The position numbers were made by a program, and so were the translations under genes. Under the pieces are notes generated by a model. The model was not told where the DNA came from, made no database searches, and was given only the letters and a program-made list of their open reading frames with translations. A DNA stretch of 63,134 nucleotides, counting the filler, from Reticulomyxa filosa (taxonomy: Eukaryota; Protista; Foraminifera): the NCBI GenBank assembly GCA_000512085.1. It is 19 parts of 19 records of this genome, joined end to end, with 100 filler letters (N's around TTAATTAATTAA, not from the genome) between each part and the next. Parts side by side here need not be neighbours in the genome. Positions count along the whole stretch, not along the records: positions 21,418 to 31,575 come from ASPP01021303.1; positions 31,676 to 33,415 come from ASPP01049867.1; positions 33,516 to 35,347 come from ASPP01048703.1; positions 35,448 to 39,278 come from ASPP01001410.1; 15 more parts are not named here. One strand, written 5' to 3'. Shown in pieces: positions 23,120 through 36,239 of the stretch; within the stretch, counting starts at the first letter, position 1; each line of letters begins with the position of its first letter.

Positions 23120-24540
23120 CCTTAAAGGCATGTACTGACATTTGGCCATAGCGACTAATTTTCTATCACAGTAATCGTAACTGTCTGACCATGTGTCAAA
23201 GTTTCAATTACTGTCGGCCAATTTTCCACTTAACAACGCCACCACATACTTGCACAAACTCTTATGATCTGCTTCATCACACGATCTATACAATTTTTTT
23301 TTTGTTTGACTGTTTTTTTTTTAAAAAAAGAACACTTAATATTGCAATCTTGGACACGCTTGTAAAATGGCTTTGTGCGAATGTGAAATTGAACATCACT
23401 TGGATTTGACAGCAAGACGTTGGAATGTTACAATCGTCGCGACGACGTATAGCATTGGTAGCTGATTCTATGTTTGTACCAACGTGGTACAAGCAATATT
23501 TGATTGTAAAAAATATCACCAGTCCTATACTCGTTCGTGACCGTTTGCGCAATTTGCACGTTTCATTCGACAGTATCGTGCTTGCCATCACCTTTACTCA
23601 CTATTTGACGATCTATTACTGTTTTTGTTTTTTTTAAGAAAATACTTTTAAAACAAATCATTATATACACAATCCATCATTACCCTTACTGTCTCTTCAT
23701 ATAAGTAAACATCCCTTTTTTTTCATGACCATTTTTTTTTTCCCTGTTATATACCTGTACATTAATGCTTTGAATATCGATCCATAAGATGTCGAGAATA
23801 TACTCGAAGTTGATGATAACATATTCGTGGTGTCATTTTAGTGTGTGAAATTTTATTGGAGCGCATTGTATTGATCATAGACTTGCCTTGGAGAAGACGT
23901 ATACGTTCGTTTTCTGAGTACATCGACTCATTGTTTGAAATTTGCACTACCAATATAATTGTCATATCGTTGTAAATTGTGCACATTGCGCACATTTCCA
24001 CGTTTTCGGTTTTCCCACGTTGTTGAAATAGTGATTGATCAATATGTCCCATGATGTCATCAATATGATCATATTGTGATTGTTCAAATATACTTGTCGG
24101 TTTGTTACGTTCTATCTTGAATTTCTTGTGCTCACGTTTGACACCACCACGACTGCATTTAATACATGCAGTGACATCAATACAATTCCATATACCGACA
24201 ATGAGTTCATTTTACTGTTGAAGGCTAAGAGTTTTCCACTCAATCTTTTCCGATCTGTTTGCCCCTCTCTTACCGGGTACATTGAAACAGAAGGACATCA
24301 AATCGATAATAAAGCCACTTTAAGAGAGAAAAACAAAGTTCGTGGCAAATGAATATATTTATAAAATTTTAAATGGGTCTCAAATGATGTATATAAATGC
24401 CGAGTTTGTTGTGAAAATGCAATTTGTTGTACTTGTTCTACGCAGATTCACAATAGCTCAAGGCAGAAAAAAAAATGAGCTTTTTCTCATTTCAAAATTC
24501 TTTTCACTTAAAAAAATTAATCATTAATCTCCAATCAAAA
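23120..24540 (-). pseudogene. Multi-exon putative secreted-protein repeat family, copy I (with conserved upstream region)
   Basis: Collinear homology to 25720-27200 (+) and 53618-54641 (-), including the upstream block CTGTTTGCCCC..GAAGGACATCAAAT..AATAAAGCCACTTTAAGA. Confidence 0.7.
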
Positions 24541-25719
24541 AAAAATCAAATAAAAAAAGCACGATAGTGAATACTCAGCCGCCAGGTATGCAAGAATGCT
24601 TACTGACCATCGCTCCTTTATTTTCAATGCACAGGCTTTTCGGCATCAAGTCAGCATTGTTGCAACCAGCCGAACGTCCTAACATTGTTGAGTTTTGTGT
24701 GCGTCGCAATCGTTTTACACTTTGTTTTGTTTTTTTGATTGTGTGAGAAAAGGAATAATCTCAGAAAATTGATTGGTTGCCTTTTTATAGAAAAGCAACA
24801 AGATGTGAAACTTCTCTAAAAAAGATAACTGCACAACTCCGATCCCTTGTAACTATGCTTATTGTCTTCTCGCGCGTTTTAACAGGAGGTCTTTTTTTTT
24901 TGAAGGCAGATCCAATCGATGAGTAAGTGTGGAATTGTAGCTGGGACACGGCGAATGCTGAAACGATAGTAATATGGTAAGGAAATAGGGGCTGTTTGCC
25001 AAACGAGTTGGTCCACTCGCACACACTCGCGTCTCAGTCCGCCCTGTACGTCAAAAAAAATAAATTTGTGCATGCCTCGAGTTGTTGTATGCATTAAAGG
25101 GAAAGTTGTTTCAATATAGCATTAATACAACTCTTTACAACGAGCATGTGTGTATGTATACCATGGAGCCACTTGTATTTGTTTAAGTGACAGTCACTTG
25201 TTCCATCCTTGGAAGCGTTCGCTTTGTTTTGGAAGAAAGACGTGTTCATGTTTTCGTTAGCAAATGTATATCCTTTTGTGCAAGATGATATCAAAACTTG
25301 ATGACATCAATTTGTTCTTGAACTGAATAGAAGGTATCATGCTCTTAGTTTTTTTTTTTAACTTTAAACGTTTGAAATTTCGCATTTATTTAATATAAAA
25401 AAAAACTGTAATAAAATTTTATTGTGAAATAATGTTTTCAAAAAAGATTATAAATATACTTTATAAATCATTATATTTGTTTTATTCTAAAACATAAACG
25501 AATCTATTTCTAAAAAGGGCCTAGTTCCTTTTTTTTCTTTTTGTCTTTCATGTTGCTGCTTAAGTTAAAACTTAGAAGGTGTAAGAGATGCTGTGCCTTT
25601 TGCTACAAAAGTGAAAGAATAATCGAATTTACATGGTATACTGTTTGAAACGATTGTTCTTGTTTGTTGAAAACAGTTGTGACCCTGCTTTTTTCATTTG
25701 GCTTTTTTTTTATTGGAGG

Positions 25720-27900
25720 TTTTTTTTTAATCCGTTCAGCCTTTTCATGTGAGCAGGCTGCAATTAACTTGAAAAAAATTTTAAAATTAGAAAAACACCA
25801 ACTTTTTTGTCTGCCTTGAGCTATGGCGAATGTGCATAAAACAAAGTACGACAAATTACATGCTCCCAATAAACTCGATATTTCTACAAATCGTTTGCCA
25901 CAACTATTTATATATATATATCTTAAAGTGGCTTTATTGTTCATTTGATGTCCTTCAATTTCATTGTGTACAGTAGGAATGGAGGGGGCAAACGTAAGAG
26001 AAAAGATTGTGTTTGGTTATTTTGCAAAGGATGGAGTTCTCGCTGATATTGATGGCAATATATGTATTAAACGCGTTCGTAGTTGTATCTAGTGCAAATA
26101 GATTCATTTCAAGCAAGAACGTGACGAAGGGACAAACGTACTCAAATCACCACAACAATATTGTCATATTGTCAATACAATGGAGTACACTAACAAATTA
26201 CTATATCAACCACATGTGGACATCGAAAACGTGGAAATGTGTACAAGGCTACAATTTGACAATCACATCATCTGTGGAAATTTTCAATAAGGAGTCGATG
26301 TTATTAGAAAACAAAAGTATACGTTTTCCCCCGAGCACGCTGTTGATCAATACAAAGCGTTGCGAGAATATTTCATGTATCAAAATGCCAGCCATAAATA
26401 TGTTACAATCAATTTCGAGTGCATTGTCGAGTTTTTTCAAATTGACATTCAAAGCAATGTCACACAGGTAAACAGCAGGGATATAAAGATCAAATGAAAA
26501 AAAAAATATGTCTATAAAAAAAAAATATCATTAAAAAAAAAACATGTACATGAAAAAAAAATTGGATGTTTACTTATAGCAATATATTAAGGGGTGGAGA
26601 AGTGATTGAGTATATAATGGATTTGATTTAAAAAATATTTTTTAAAAAACAAAAACAGAATTGTATTGGTAGATTGCGAAGTTGAAGTGGTGATAAGAAT
26701 GCTGCCATCAAATGAGGTGTACGTGTTGTGTCAACATCCAGAATCGATAATAGTATTGGAGCCATCATTTAAGATCGACCATTCTACGTACAGCGTCAGT
26801 ATGAAAGCAGAACGAAACTCTCAGCGTCAGTTGCAGGTTTACTTTTACGGCGACTCGATATCAAATGCAAGCGATATTCAAATTGGTGCAAAGTCAGTCG
26901 TCAAATCAAAAATATTATCATCAATTCGAACAACTTTGCCGGCAATTTTGCAATACTGTCCAATTTTGCAATGTTAAGTTTTTTTTTTCTTCTTTTTTTT
27001 AAAAAAAACGAACAAATAAAAAAATTGTACAGATCAAACGATAACCCAGGAAATAGTTGTTGCGATTTTGCGATGTCATTGGTAAGTGGGACTTGGTCAA
27101 ACGACGTCGACTTTAACACATTGTCCAACCGGCTGCGATTGCTGGCACAAAGTGTGACTGATAGTCAGTCGTCATTTCTCAATTGTTTGGCACATGCCTT
27201 TGGAATGATTGAAGCGCTATTTGCGCAAAGGGATGGATTGTGCATAACGCATCTGACGAGCAAGTCAATCGTGATGCCCACCATCTTCTGTGCAAAGAAG
27301 CTCTCCTTCAGCAAAGGCATTGTGTTCAATTGCACTTATACAATCATGCGCAATATCTGCAAACATGGACATAATCGACTCGTATTGCAAGCGCTATTAT
27401 CTCAAAAACATTGCCACTACTCACCCAAATATTTTACTATCATCCAAATATTGCCATTATCATCTAAACATTGTCACTACTGCTGCGATCATTGTAACTA
27501 CTCATCCAAATATTTACATCTACATCACACAAATCTGTCGAGATGATAATATTAATGTGGACACTCAATTACACCCACTAATATTTTCGATTTGCTATCC
27601 AAACGTCGGCGATATTTGTGACATTGCAAAGTTAGCTTTATTTTTTTTATTGCTGTTGCAATAATATTTTTTTGTTGTTGTTGTGACTTGTGTACAGGAT
27701 TATATATGGAGAACAATGCGGCCAAATGATTGTTAAATTGGAGGGCTTCAACGAACAAATGTTACTCGATGTGGCAAGCGATATGAGTGTTGTATTGCAA
27801 GACTATGCACTAGAATGTATAATCTTTTTTTTGTTATGTCTAACTTATGCTATATACTGTGCACGTGTTTAAAATAGAAGGCCACTCTATGATGAAAAAA
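25720..27900 (+). pseudogene. Multi-exon putative secreted-protein repeat family, copy II
   Basis: Hydrophobic leader FSLILMAIYVLNAFVVVSSA; later exons VVIRMLPSNEV and CDFAMSLVSGTWS are homologous to copies I and III; frameshifts. Confidence 0.7.
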
Positions 27901-28019
27901 AAAAGAATAATGGCAGAAACTACCCCTGTCTCCTAAAGGAGAATGACATGTTTGTTTTATTATCTTTTCTTTTTGGATATATTTAACTGTTGTATGCTTT
28001 TACTATAGCTTCCTCCGCC

Positions 28020-28680
28020 TGGCAAAGAAAGTCAATTAGTACACCATATCCACACACAAAAAAATAAAAAGTGAAAATAAAATCGGGGTTGAAATCCACC
28101 CCGTCTCCGAAAGGAGAGAAAAAAGTATGACTGCATTTATATTTATATGTATATACTTTTATCAAATAATGTGGTTATGTTTGTGAAGAAATAGGAAGTA
28201 GGAATTCTCCCCAAAGAAAAAAAAATCGTACATATGTTCATTTATATCCCTCCCCTAAAAAACAATTTGTGAAGTGTTTATCACAGTAAAAAAAATAATA
28301 GAAATGAAGATAAAGTCCAAATAATTGTTATAAATATATTTTTTGTATGTTCTTTAAAAGATTATAAAATATATCTTTGTTTGTTTGTGCATATAGGTCA
28401 GACTCAACAAAGACATGGCAATGTATTATCTTGAAAGGTGTAGTTGGAAGATAGTTAGAAAATTTAGAATAAGTGTTGGAAAAAAAAAATGGAATAATAA
28501 AAAAAAAGGAGGAAAAAAAAAAGTGATAATAAGAAAAAAAAATGTAAGAATAAATTAAAAAAAAGGGGCAATAAAAAAGAAAAAGAAAAAGGAAAAAAAA
28601 GGAAAAAGAAAAAGGAAAAAAGTGATAGAAAAAAAAGGTGACATTTTTTATTCTATCCAAATCGTGTTGCTGCGAACGAT
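28020..28680 (+). repeat. STPSP micro-exon/A-rich-tail repeat element, copy C
   Basis: GGGGTTGAAATCCACCCCGTCTCCGAAAGGAG (GLKSTPSPKG), intron-like blocks, A-rich tail 28480-28640. Confidence 0.8.
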
Positions 28681-28689
28681 CAACTATTG

Positions 28690-31575
28690 AACATATCTAA
28701 TCAATTATCAAAACGTCCACCAAACAAGTGAATCGAGATCATGTACAAAGCAATCGTTGAATATCAAAAGACTTTGAAAATATACAAATTAAAACATTCA
28801 ATCTTGTCCAGAAATAAACCTTTTCATCATTGGATCTCTATTTCTTTGCCGACGTTGAGTGGGGCAGTATCGAAGATCTAACTCAACAGCCCAAGCCCAA
28901 AGAGCTAGAAGAAGAAATTGCAAAATTCATTTGTATGCTTTTGTTGTCCTTGAATGAAGCAAAGTGCAAGGCCTTACTTGTCTTGTTATTCATTGACGAT
29001 TCTTTGTATTCTCCGATGTTTGTGTGCATTTTTTAGTGTTGCAAATATCTTATAAAAATTATTCTTGTTTGAAGAGAAAATCAAAACAAACACAAAAACT
29101 ATATAGCACACTATTTTATAGTTGCATATTTTTTTTTCAAATAAATAAATATATGTATGTATATGTTTTATTTGAAAAAAAAAATAAAAAACAAGATAAT
29201 TAGTTCCAAAATACAATGATCAAACATTTGAATTCCACAAGAATTGCAAAAGTCGATTTCAAGCACAAATTTGGTGGAGCAATACATGATTTTGGAGATA
29301 AGCTCATATTCAATATTTCTTCCAAGATATTATAATAACATATTTGTAATTGCTTTATTATTACTATTATTATTATTATATTATTTTGTTTGAAGCGTTT
29401 CAATTTGACAGATTTTGGAAACATTGCGTGGATAGAAGACTCTAAATTTCAACAACAATTATCTACCAAATTTCCTTCATTCAAGAAATTTTATGACATA
29501 TTTTTGGAAAAAAAATCTGTGGAATTATCCAAAGTAAGAGAATTGGGCATGGATATGGTAATCAATGGACTTTAAAAAATCAATGTATTTTACGTTGAAA
29601 AGCGCATTTCAAATTGTCGTGAAATGTTAGTTGCCGCTATTCATTGTGCTGGAGACGATTACTTGCCTCTGGTTAACAATATATTCATCTCTTGACTTTT
29701 CAATGTTTCAAATATAAACACATAATTAATATCTGTATTTCATAATAATTAAAGCATATTTTGATCACTTGTCATCGAAATTACAAACAGTAAATGGTAT
29801 TAAATAAATATTTAATTGATTCAATCATGGCCGTAGCTTTGTGCATTCCATTTTTGATTAATTTACTAATGATTTTGGTACCGAGCAAAAGTAAGCAATA
29901 AAACATGAAAATGAGGGTCAAGACAATAGTGATTATTTCAAAAATAAGATATTATTTAATCAAATTCACGGAATCACAAAAGTTGGAACATTTACCTGGC
30001 GACATTTTGCCTACAGCTGCGACTCCACATCTACAAAAAATAGTGACCAAACAGTGGCTAATACTGAACGTCCTAATGGTCCATCTACTGCTAGTGCTGA
30101 GCAATCTTCCAATTCTAGCAATAGTGGGGGAAAGAACACTCGTGCAAGAAAATTGTTGAATGCCTGGGCCAAAGCGAAATAAGGAATTATGGACATCGCC
30201 GCAGGGACAGTGAGAAACTGAAAGTATAACTGCGAAAGCATTAGAAAAAATAAAAAAAAATCAGTACTGATACTAATACCAAAGAGCTATTATCCATCCC
30301 ACCAAAATTTCACCACAACCAAACAAGTAGCAGCCAGGTCCCAGTAATGTTATTGAAAAAAAAGAAATCAGAAAAAGGTAACAACACAAACTTCATAAAA
30401 ATAGAAAGCCCTCATTCATCTCTTTTGTTACTGTGAATGTTTTGTTTTTGAGAAAAATCAGAAAGAAGAATATGGACATTATACAAACTCATCACTTCGT
30501 ATACTGCAAACAAGACGAATATAGCGGGAACACATTCAACGACACAGATCGCAGATAATCCAGTTATCAATAACTATTATATTGGGAGAGTCATCATTGC
30601 GACTCTGCAAAAATACGTCGAAATCGTGGACGCGATGAAAAAGGGCAATCGCAATTCCAATGCAAATTTTATTGAACGAAATTTGATATTTGCTGAATGA
30701 TTTATTTTCACAAATGGACAATAATGACAATATCAATGCGCTTGTTAAAGGATTATGTTCCGGCCAAATAAAGGAGTATGTTGCGTGTTTGAAAAATTCA
30801 TCAAAGATTTAGCATTTATCAATAGATGGGGAGATATCACAGGAACAAAGAGTTGGATCGCATTCGTTCATACTATCCTGCGACTTTGCCAAAGGACAAA
30901 AGTAAACATCCAATACAAACAATGAATCAAAAAAAAAAAAAAAAAAAACGAGTCTTTGGATTATATGGTCCGAGTATGAGTCAAAGTTGGAAATGGAGTC
31001 GGAATCCAATTCCGAAGACGGAGTGATCAATGAGATTATTGGCAGAAAGAACGAAGTTTGGGCCAATATTAATATTGACGAATATTTAGAACAGTAAATG
31101 TTTCAACCATGGTGGAGGGGGGAGAATTGATGAAAAAAAAAAAAAATTAATGCGTCAAACAAAGTTGATAAGGTATTCACTCTTTTATATCGAATGACCA
31201 CCATGTGATTTTTTTTTTTTTTTTTTTGCTTGGAATTGAATTAATTTGGAGTGCTATTGGTATGTATTGACAAAATACAAATGTTGGATGAAAAATCAGA
31301 CAGGCCCATATTATCGCATTTTGGCAAATACTTGGCTTCAGGATTTGTGATATTGATTTGAAGAGATGTACCATTTTTCCAGTAAATATGAACATATGCA
31401 GACATTGATAACAAAACAAGCAAATACAAATCTCGAATAATGACGAGTTTGTCCAAGAATAGAATCAATTTCGAAGAGATATTGCCAACAATTGTTTGTC
31501 AAATACAAACTGACAGATTACAAAAAAATTGCGGTACTAGTCAATGATGCCTTTATCATCTTGTATGCTCGTTTC
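28690..31575 (+). pseudogene. Highly degenerate large-protein fragments, possibly RNF213-like C-terminal region
   Basis: Coding-like blocks with many stops (FPSFKKFYDIFL, FILSCDFAKGQ); weak recalled similarity only. Confidence 0.25.
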
Positions 31576-31675
31576 NNNNNNNNNNNNNNNNNNNNNNNNN
31601 NNNNNNNNNNNNNNNNNNNTTAATTAATTAANNNNNNNNNNNNNNNNNNNNNNNNNNNNNNNNNNNNNNNNNNNN

Positions 31676-33415
31676 TTGTGAACAAACATTTGATCAGTTT
31701 TATGTAGTTTCAAAAGTGCATTTGCCAAGTCCGTGACTCGTTCGAATGAAACGTTCCAGATACACTCTCGAATGTTTTCATTGACTGTACGTAATGCACC
31801 AATCAACGTTTGGAGTGAGGGGTCTTTGCTATTGTTCAAAGTTTCCATGGTATTTTCGAAATGATTTTTGTTTACAAAATGCGTGCTGGTTGCCAACTCT
31901 TTAATCAATGTATTTTCATGTTTTGCAATCAGATCTAGTAATTCTACACACTCCAAATCTACCTCTTTAAAATGGCTTGCACAATTGTCATAGCACGTTG
32001 ATAGTTGTTGAATAGAGGCCTCCGTTTTGGTAAGAAAGTTCTTGCCCTCGTTGAACGCGCTGACAAAATTAATCCAATCTGAATAGTACAATAACAGAGG
32101 ATTCCATTTGTAATTTTTTTTCACAGTTTCTGTGGCCTTAATCAATTTGTAATGTTTTTCCACAATTTCTGTGGCCTTAATCAATTTGGACCAAGATGCT
32201 TGCATGCTTTTGAATTTTTGAATTTTTTCGAGTTTTGTTTCAATATCTTGAGTTAGAGATTGTATTTCTGTGTGAGTCTTCAAAGGGAACATATACGCCA
32301 ACTCCGAACTTAATTCGCACGATTTAAACAATTCAATATCTTTTATCTGAAATGTCCCTTTCGTTATGGTCTGTTTCAATTCATTCCAGTTGCTGAAGGT
32401 ATTTTTATGAAGCTTATTCACAGTCTCTTGAAACGGCAACATCATCCCTCCTTTCAGCTCGATTTGGCATATAGTCCACAGTTTTTTGAAAACCCAACTT
32501 CCTGTCACTTTTTTCAACTCTTCCAGCTGATGCTTCGTCTTTTGCAACGTCTCTAGCTCTTTTAAGTATTTTTCCTGTGCATCTGGAAATGACTCCAAAT
32601 CCCAGTTTTTGCAAAAGCGACTGAATTGTTGTAACTCGCTCGTATTGTCATCAAACTTGTAATGCACCGATACTGTGACATATAATTCTTTCAAATGCAC
32701 AAACTCTTTGTATTTTTCTAACAGTTTCAATAGTTTTTGTAAGTCATCTTGCGTGTCTTTGTTGTTGTCGTCATCCTTGAGCTTAAGGAGAGATTGGTGG
32801 AGGGTCTTAAGGTTGTTCTTGTTGTTGTCACATTCCAAAAATTGGCAAACACAAAATTCAATCGTCTTATTTTGCACCATTTGAAACAGCTTGTGTAATG
32901 ACCCTTTCATAAATGTCTGTAAGTCGATTAAAATTTTCGGTTTTTTTTCTCCTTGCACGGTCAACAATGAAAGACAGGGGATGCACAGGAAACAATACTT
33001 CAAGTGATGAATTAGCAAAGTTTGGAGGGTCTTGTCAGATATTTCCTCTGACTTTTTTGCTTCAGTTGTTTCTTGCTTTTCTCTCTTTACTTCAATTTCG
33101 ATCTTAATTTCGCTTTCAACGTTGGATTTGGCTTCAATGTCGGGTTTGCTTTTGCTAGTCTTTTCGATTGTATCTGATTTGGCGCTGTGATTTTTTCCAC
33201 GAATGGTTTTTTTGACATAAATCGACAAAATTGAGAAGAAAAAAAAAAGAGGACGTGCAAAATAAATATTGTGCGAATACGTACATGTTTGAGTCCATTC
33301 GAACGGGAATGTCGATAATAATGTTGAATACGTCCTCCAATAAGTTCCAGCTAATAGACGGTTGCTCCAAAATTTGTTTCAGCGACTCCAAAGTTTTATC
33401 ACTCCATTTTTTTTT
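31676..33415 (-). CDS. Large helical protein fragment, RNF213/mysterin stalk-like; 2 exons, both ends truncated
   Basis: Open frame of about 500 aa. SWVFKKLW...NWNELKQTITKGTFQIKDIELF..LSSELAYM resembles the pre-AAA region of RNF213 as recalled. Internal 39-bp duplication (KLIKATE x2). Confidence 0.5.
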
Positions 33416-34779
33416 NNNNNNNNNNNNNNNNNNNNNNNNNNNNNNNNNNNNNNNNNNNNTTAATTAATTAANNNNNNNNNNNNNNNNNNNNNNNNNNNNN
33501 NNNNNNNNNNNNNNNAAAAGAATGCAAATCTCGACGACACAGGATACCTGTTTCGCTCCAGAATTAATTGTACCAATTCTGGAATCTTTGATCTTTGATT
33601 TTTTTGTTCTCCGAGACAAATGTGTGGTTGAATTTGTGAAACTTCATCTTGATCTTCTTTTGATTGTTCTTGTTTCTCAAAATACTAAAAAAAGAATTTT
33701 TTTTAACTAGTAAAATTTTTTATCAAAAAATTTTTTTTACAGTCAGATATCTGATATTGCGATTTTGTGCGAGATCAGATATACACAAGATAACAGTCAA
33801 AACAAAATAATATTAACAAGAAAGAATATCGAACAAAAATGGGTAACTTTTCTATTAAATAAGACGAAATGGCAATATCAACAACATTCACATGCTTTTC
33901 TGTTTAATTGAATCTCAAATTTCCCTATGTTTTATTGATATTTTCCTTTTTTGTTTGTTGGTGCTCATTTTAAATTGGATAAGATCTCATTCTTGCTGCA
34001 GTGGTAGTGGTGAAATTTTTGAAGAAAGTTAGCATTTGTGACATTGGAAAGCTCAAACTGGCAGTGATTATTAATCATCAAGAACTTTTCCATGGATTGG
34101 AAAAAATTTGGAAGTTATTGGAAATTATTGGAATTTTTTTGAAAAATCGGCCCAAGAAGGCTGGGGGAAGTGATATCGACATTTAGCAAGGAAATGGCAA
34201 GCAACAAAGGTCAAATGACGAACAAGAGCATCAAGGGATCGTCATTAACTATTTTGCCGTCGCCAACTACAAAGAAGTCCGAATACAAAGAATGATAAAG
34301 ATGTTGTTATGATGACCACAACGACAAATAATGGAAGACACTTGGATTTATCTTCTGGGTTGAGAGGAACGAAAAGACCTACAATTGACAAGTAAGAAGA
34401 TTTATTTTTTTTTAGCAAGAAGATGAGGACGAATCATGCCCTAAGTGTTGATCCTCACAGAACAAGGAAGTAAAAAAGAAGATGAACGACGATAACATTT
34501 GGAAGGAAAGAAATGTTAAAGTTCGTCAAGATTACTATAAACATTTTTATCTTTAAAAGTTTCTTTTCTTTGGTCTTTGTTTCTGTTTTCCGCAATCTTG
34601 TTGACGGCGAAAATCGTTACTGATAATCGAAGATTAACTTCGAATTTCGTTCAGATACTGCTAGATGTTGCAGTATCTAGTTGTTTTTTGCTTCCTTTCA
34701 AAAGTTTATATCATGATGAATGATATAAAATGATTTTATTTTTTTTTTTTTTTTTAGATTTGCATTCCAAACAACATTT

Positions 34780-35180
34780 ATTCTCAAGAGTTCCAAATTG
34801 CAGTGTATAAATCGTGTTGAGTGGAGATTAGCTGTCCAGGACAAAAGAAATCAGTCATGTGCAGAAAACATTTGTAAGATATGATGGATCCTCTCAAGAA
34901 GAAGATTGTCTGTTTCAATTTGAACTTATCCGAGAAGAAGAAAAGAAGATCACAGAACACATTGTAATCATTATGGACAAAGTGTGTCGTGGATACAGGC
35001 AAAAAAACAATTGGAATGAAGACAGTGGAAAGGAGACATGCCTTGGTGGAGTGATTCCACAGAAAAGAAGAAACATGATTTATCACAATTACAAGACATA
35101 CAAAGAAGCAGCAAATGAACTGAAAAGAGAAGCAATGTCTTGTCTCCAATCACCAAACTTCTCAGGTTCGATGTGCTGAA
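34780..35180 (+). mobile_element. Degenerate non-LTR retrotransposon ORF2 tether fragment
   Basis: An alternative frame gives MPWWSD, followed by basic helical NYKTYKEAANELKR, typical of the region between EN and RT. Confidence 0.45.
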
Positions 35181-35199
35181 TTGAAAATGCGGCAACAAA

Positions 35200-35347
35200 T
35201 TTTTGATTGCTGCTCGCCATGAATCTCTAAGCTTGATAATGTGGACATTCCATCAGGAAATGTTCCACAGTTTCTTCTTCATTTTCACACCATTTACAAT
35301 CTGATGAATCAGATCTTTTGATCTTGAACAGGAATCCATTTAATCCC
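35200..35347 (-). mobile_element. Non-LTR retrotransposon C-terminal CCHC zinc knuckle fragment
   Basis: GLNGFLFKIKRSDSSDCKWCENEEETVEHFLMECPHY. Confidence 0.85.
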
Positions 35348-35499
35348 NNNNNNNNNNNNNNNNNNNNNNNNNNNNNNNNNNNNNNNNNNNNTTAATTAAT
35401 TAANNNNNNNNNNNNNNNNNNNNNNNNNNNNNNNNNNNNNNNNNNNNTATGTTTTATGCGTTCAGTTTTCTTTGCAACTTACTGTATTTATGGCCATTT

Positions 35500-36225
35500 A
35501 CAAAACAACAAAATGTCAAATTACATTGAAAAATTTGCAATTCTTAAATCTAAGAATAGTATTATTAATAACAAAAAAAAGGATAATTGGACAGCAAAAT
35601 AATATGAAGAAACTTTAAAAGATTACCCAAATCTACAAAAAATGAGACATTTGTTTCAAATTGTTCTTCTATCAAATTTATTTATTAATCATAAATTCTT
35701 AAATGAAGAATTAGAAATTATTCAATTTATTGCAGATAGAATTTATGATAAAATTCAATGTTTGTGAATTTAAAATCACGATTGTTTCGAATCATCAAAA
35801 CTGGGATAAGATAAATATATCATATGCTATTTTAGGTCATTCTTCTTGAATAAACAAGTTTGAAGAAGCTGTTTTGGATGGAGTAAGTCTTTTCCAGCTT
35901 ATCTCAATTTCACCAATTTAACAAATGCATCAGTAAATGAAGTTAACTTTGGTGAATATGGTTATCTGAAATAACATGAAGAATCTGTTACTGCAGCTCA
36001 ATATTCACATGACAATACCAAAATTGTATCAGGTTCATGGGATAGAACTATTCGATTATTTGATGTATCATCTGGTGAACAATTCTATTCATCGAAGGGC
36101 ATTCACAAAACGTGAATTGTGTTGAATTTTCACCTAATGGTGCTACAATTGTATCTGGTTCAACTGATAAACTGTTCGATTTTGGGATACAATATCTGGT
36201 AAACAACTTCAATGTTTGCATTTAC
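35500..36225 (+). pseudogene. NACHT-associated/WD40 repeat protein pseudogene
   Basis: LNEELEIIQFIADRI; HEESVTAAQYSHDNTKIVSGSWDRTIRLFDVSSG; VNCVEFSPNGATIVSGS; frameshifts and deletions. Confidence 0.85.
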
Positions 36226-36239
36226 ATTTTAAATTAAAC

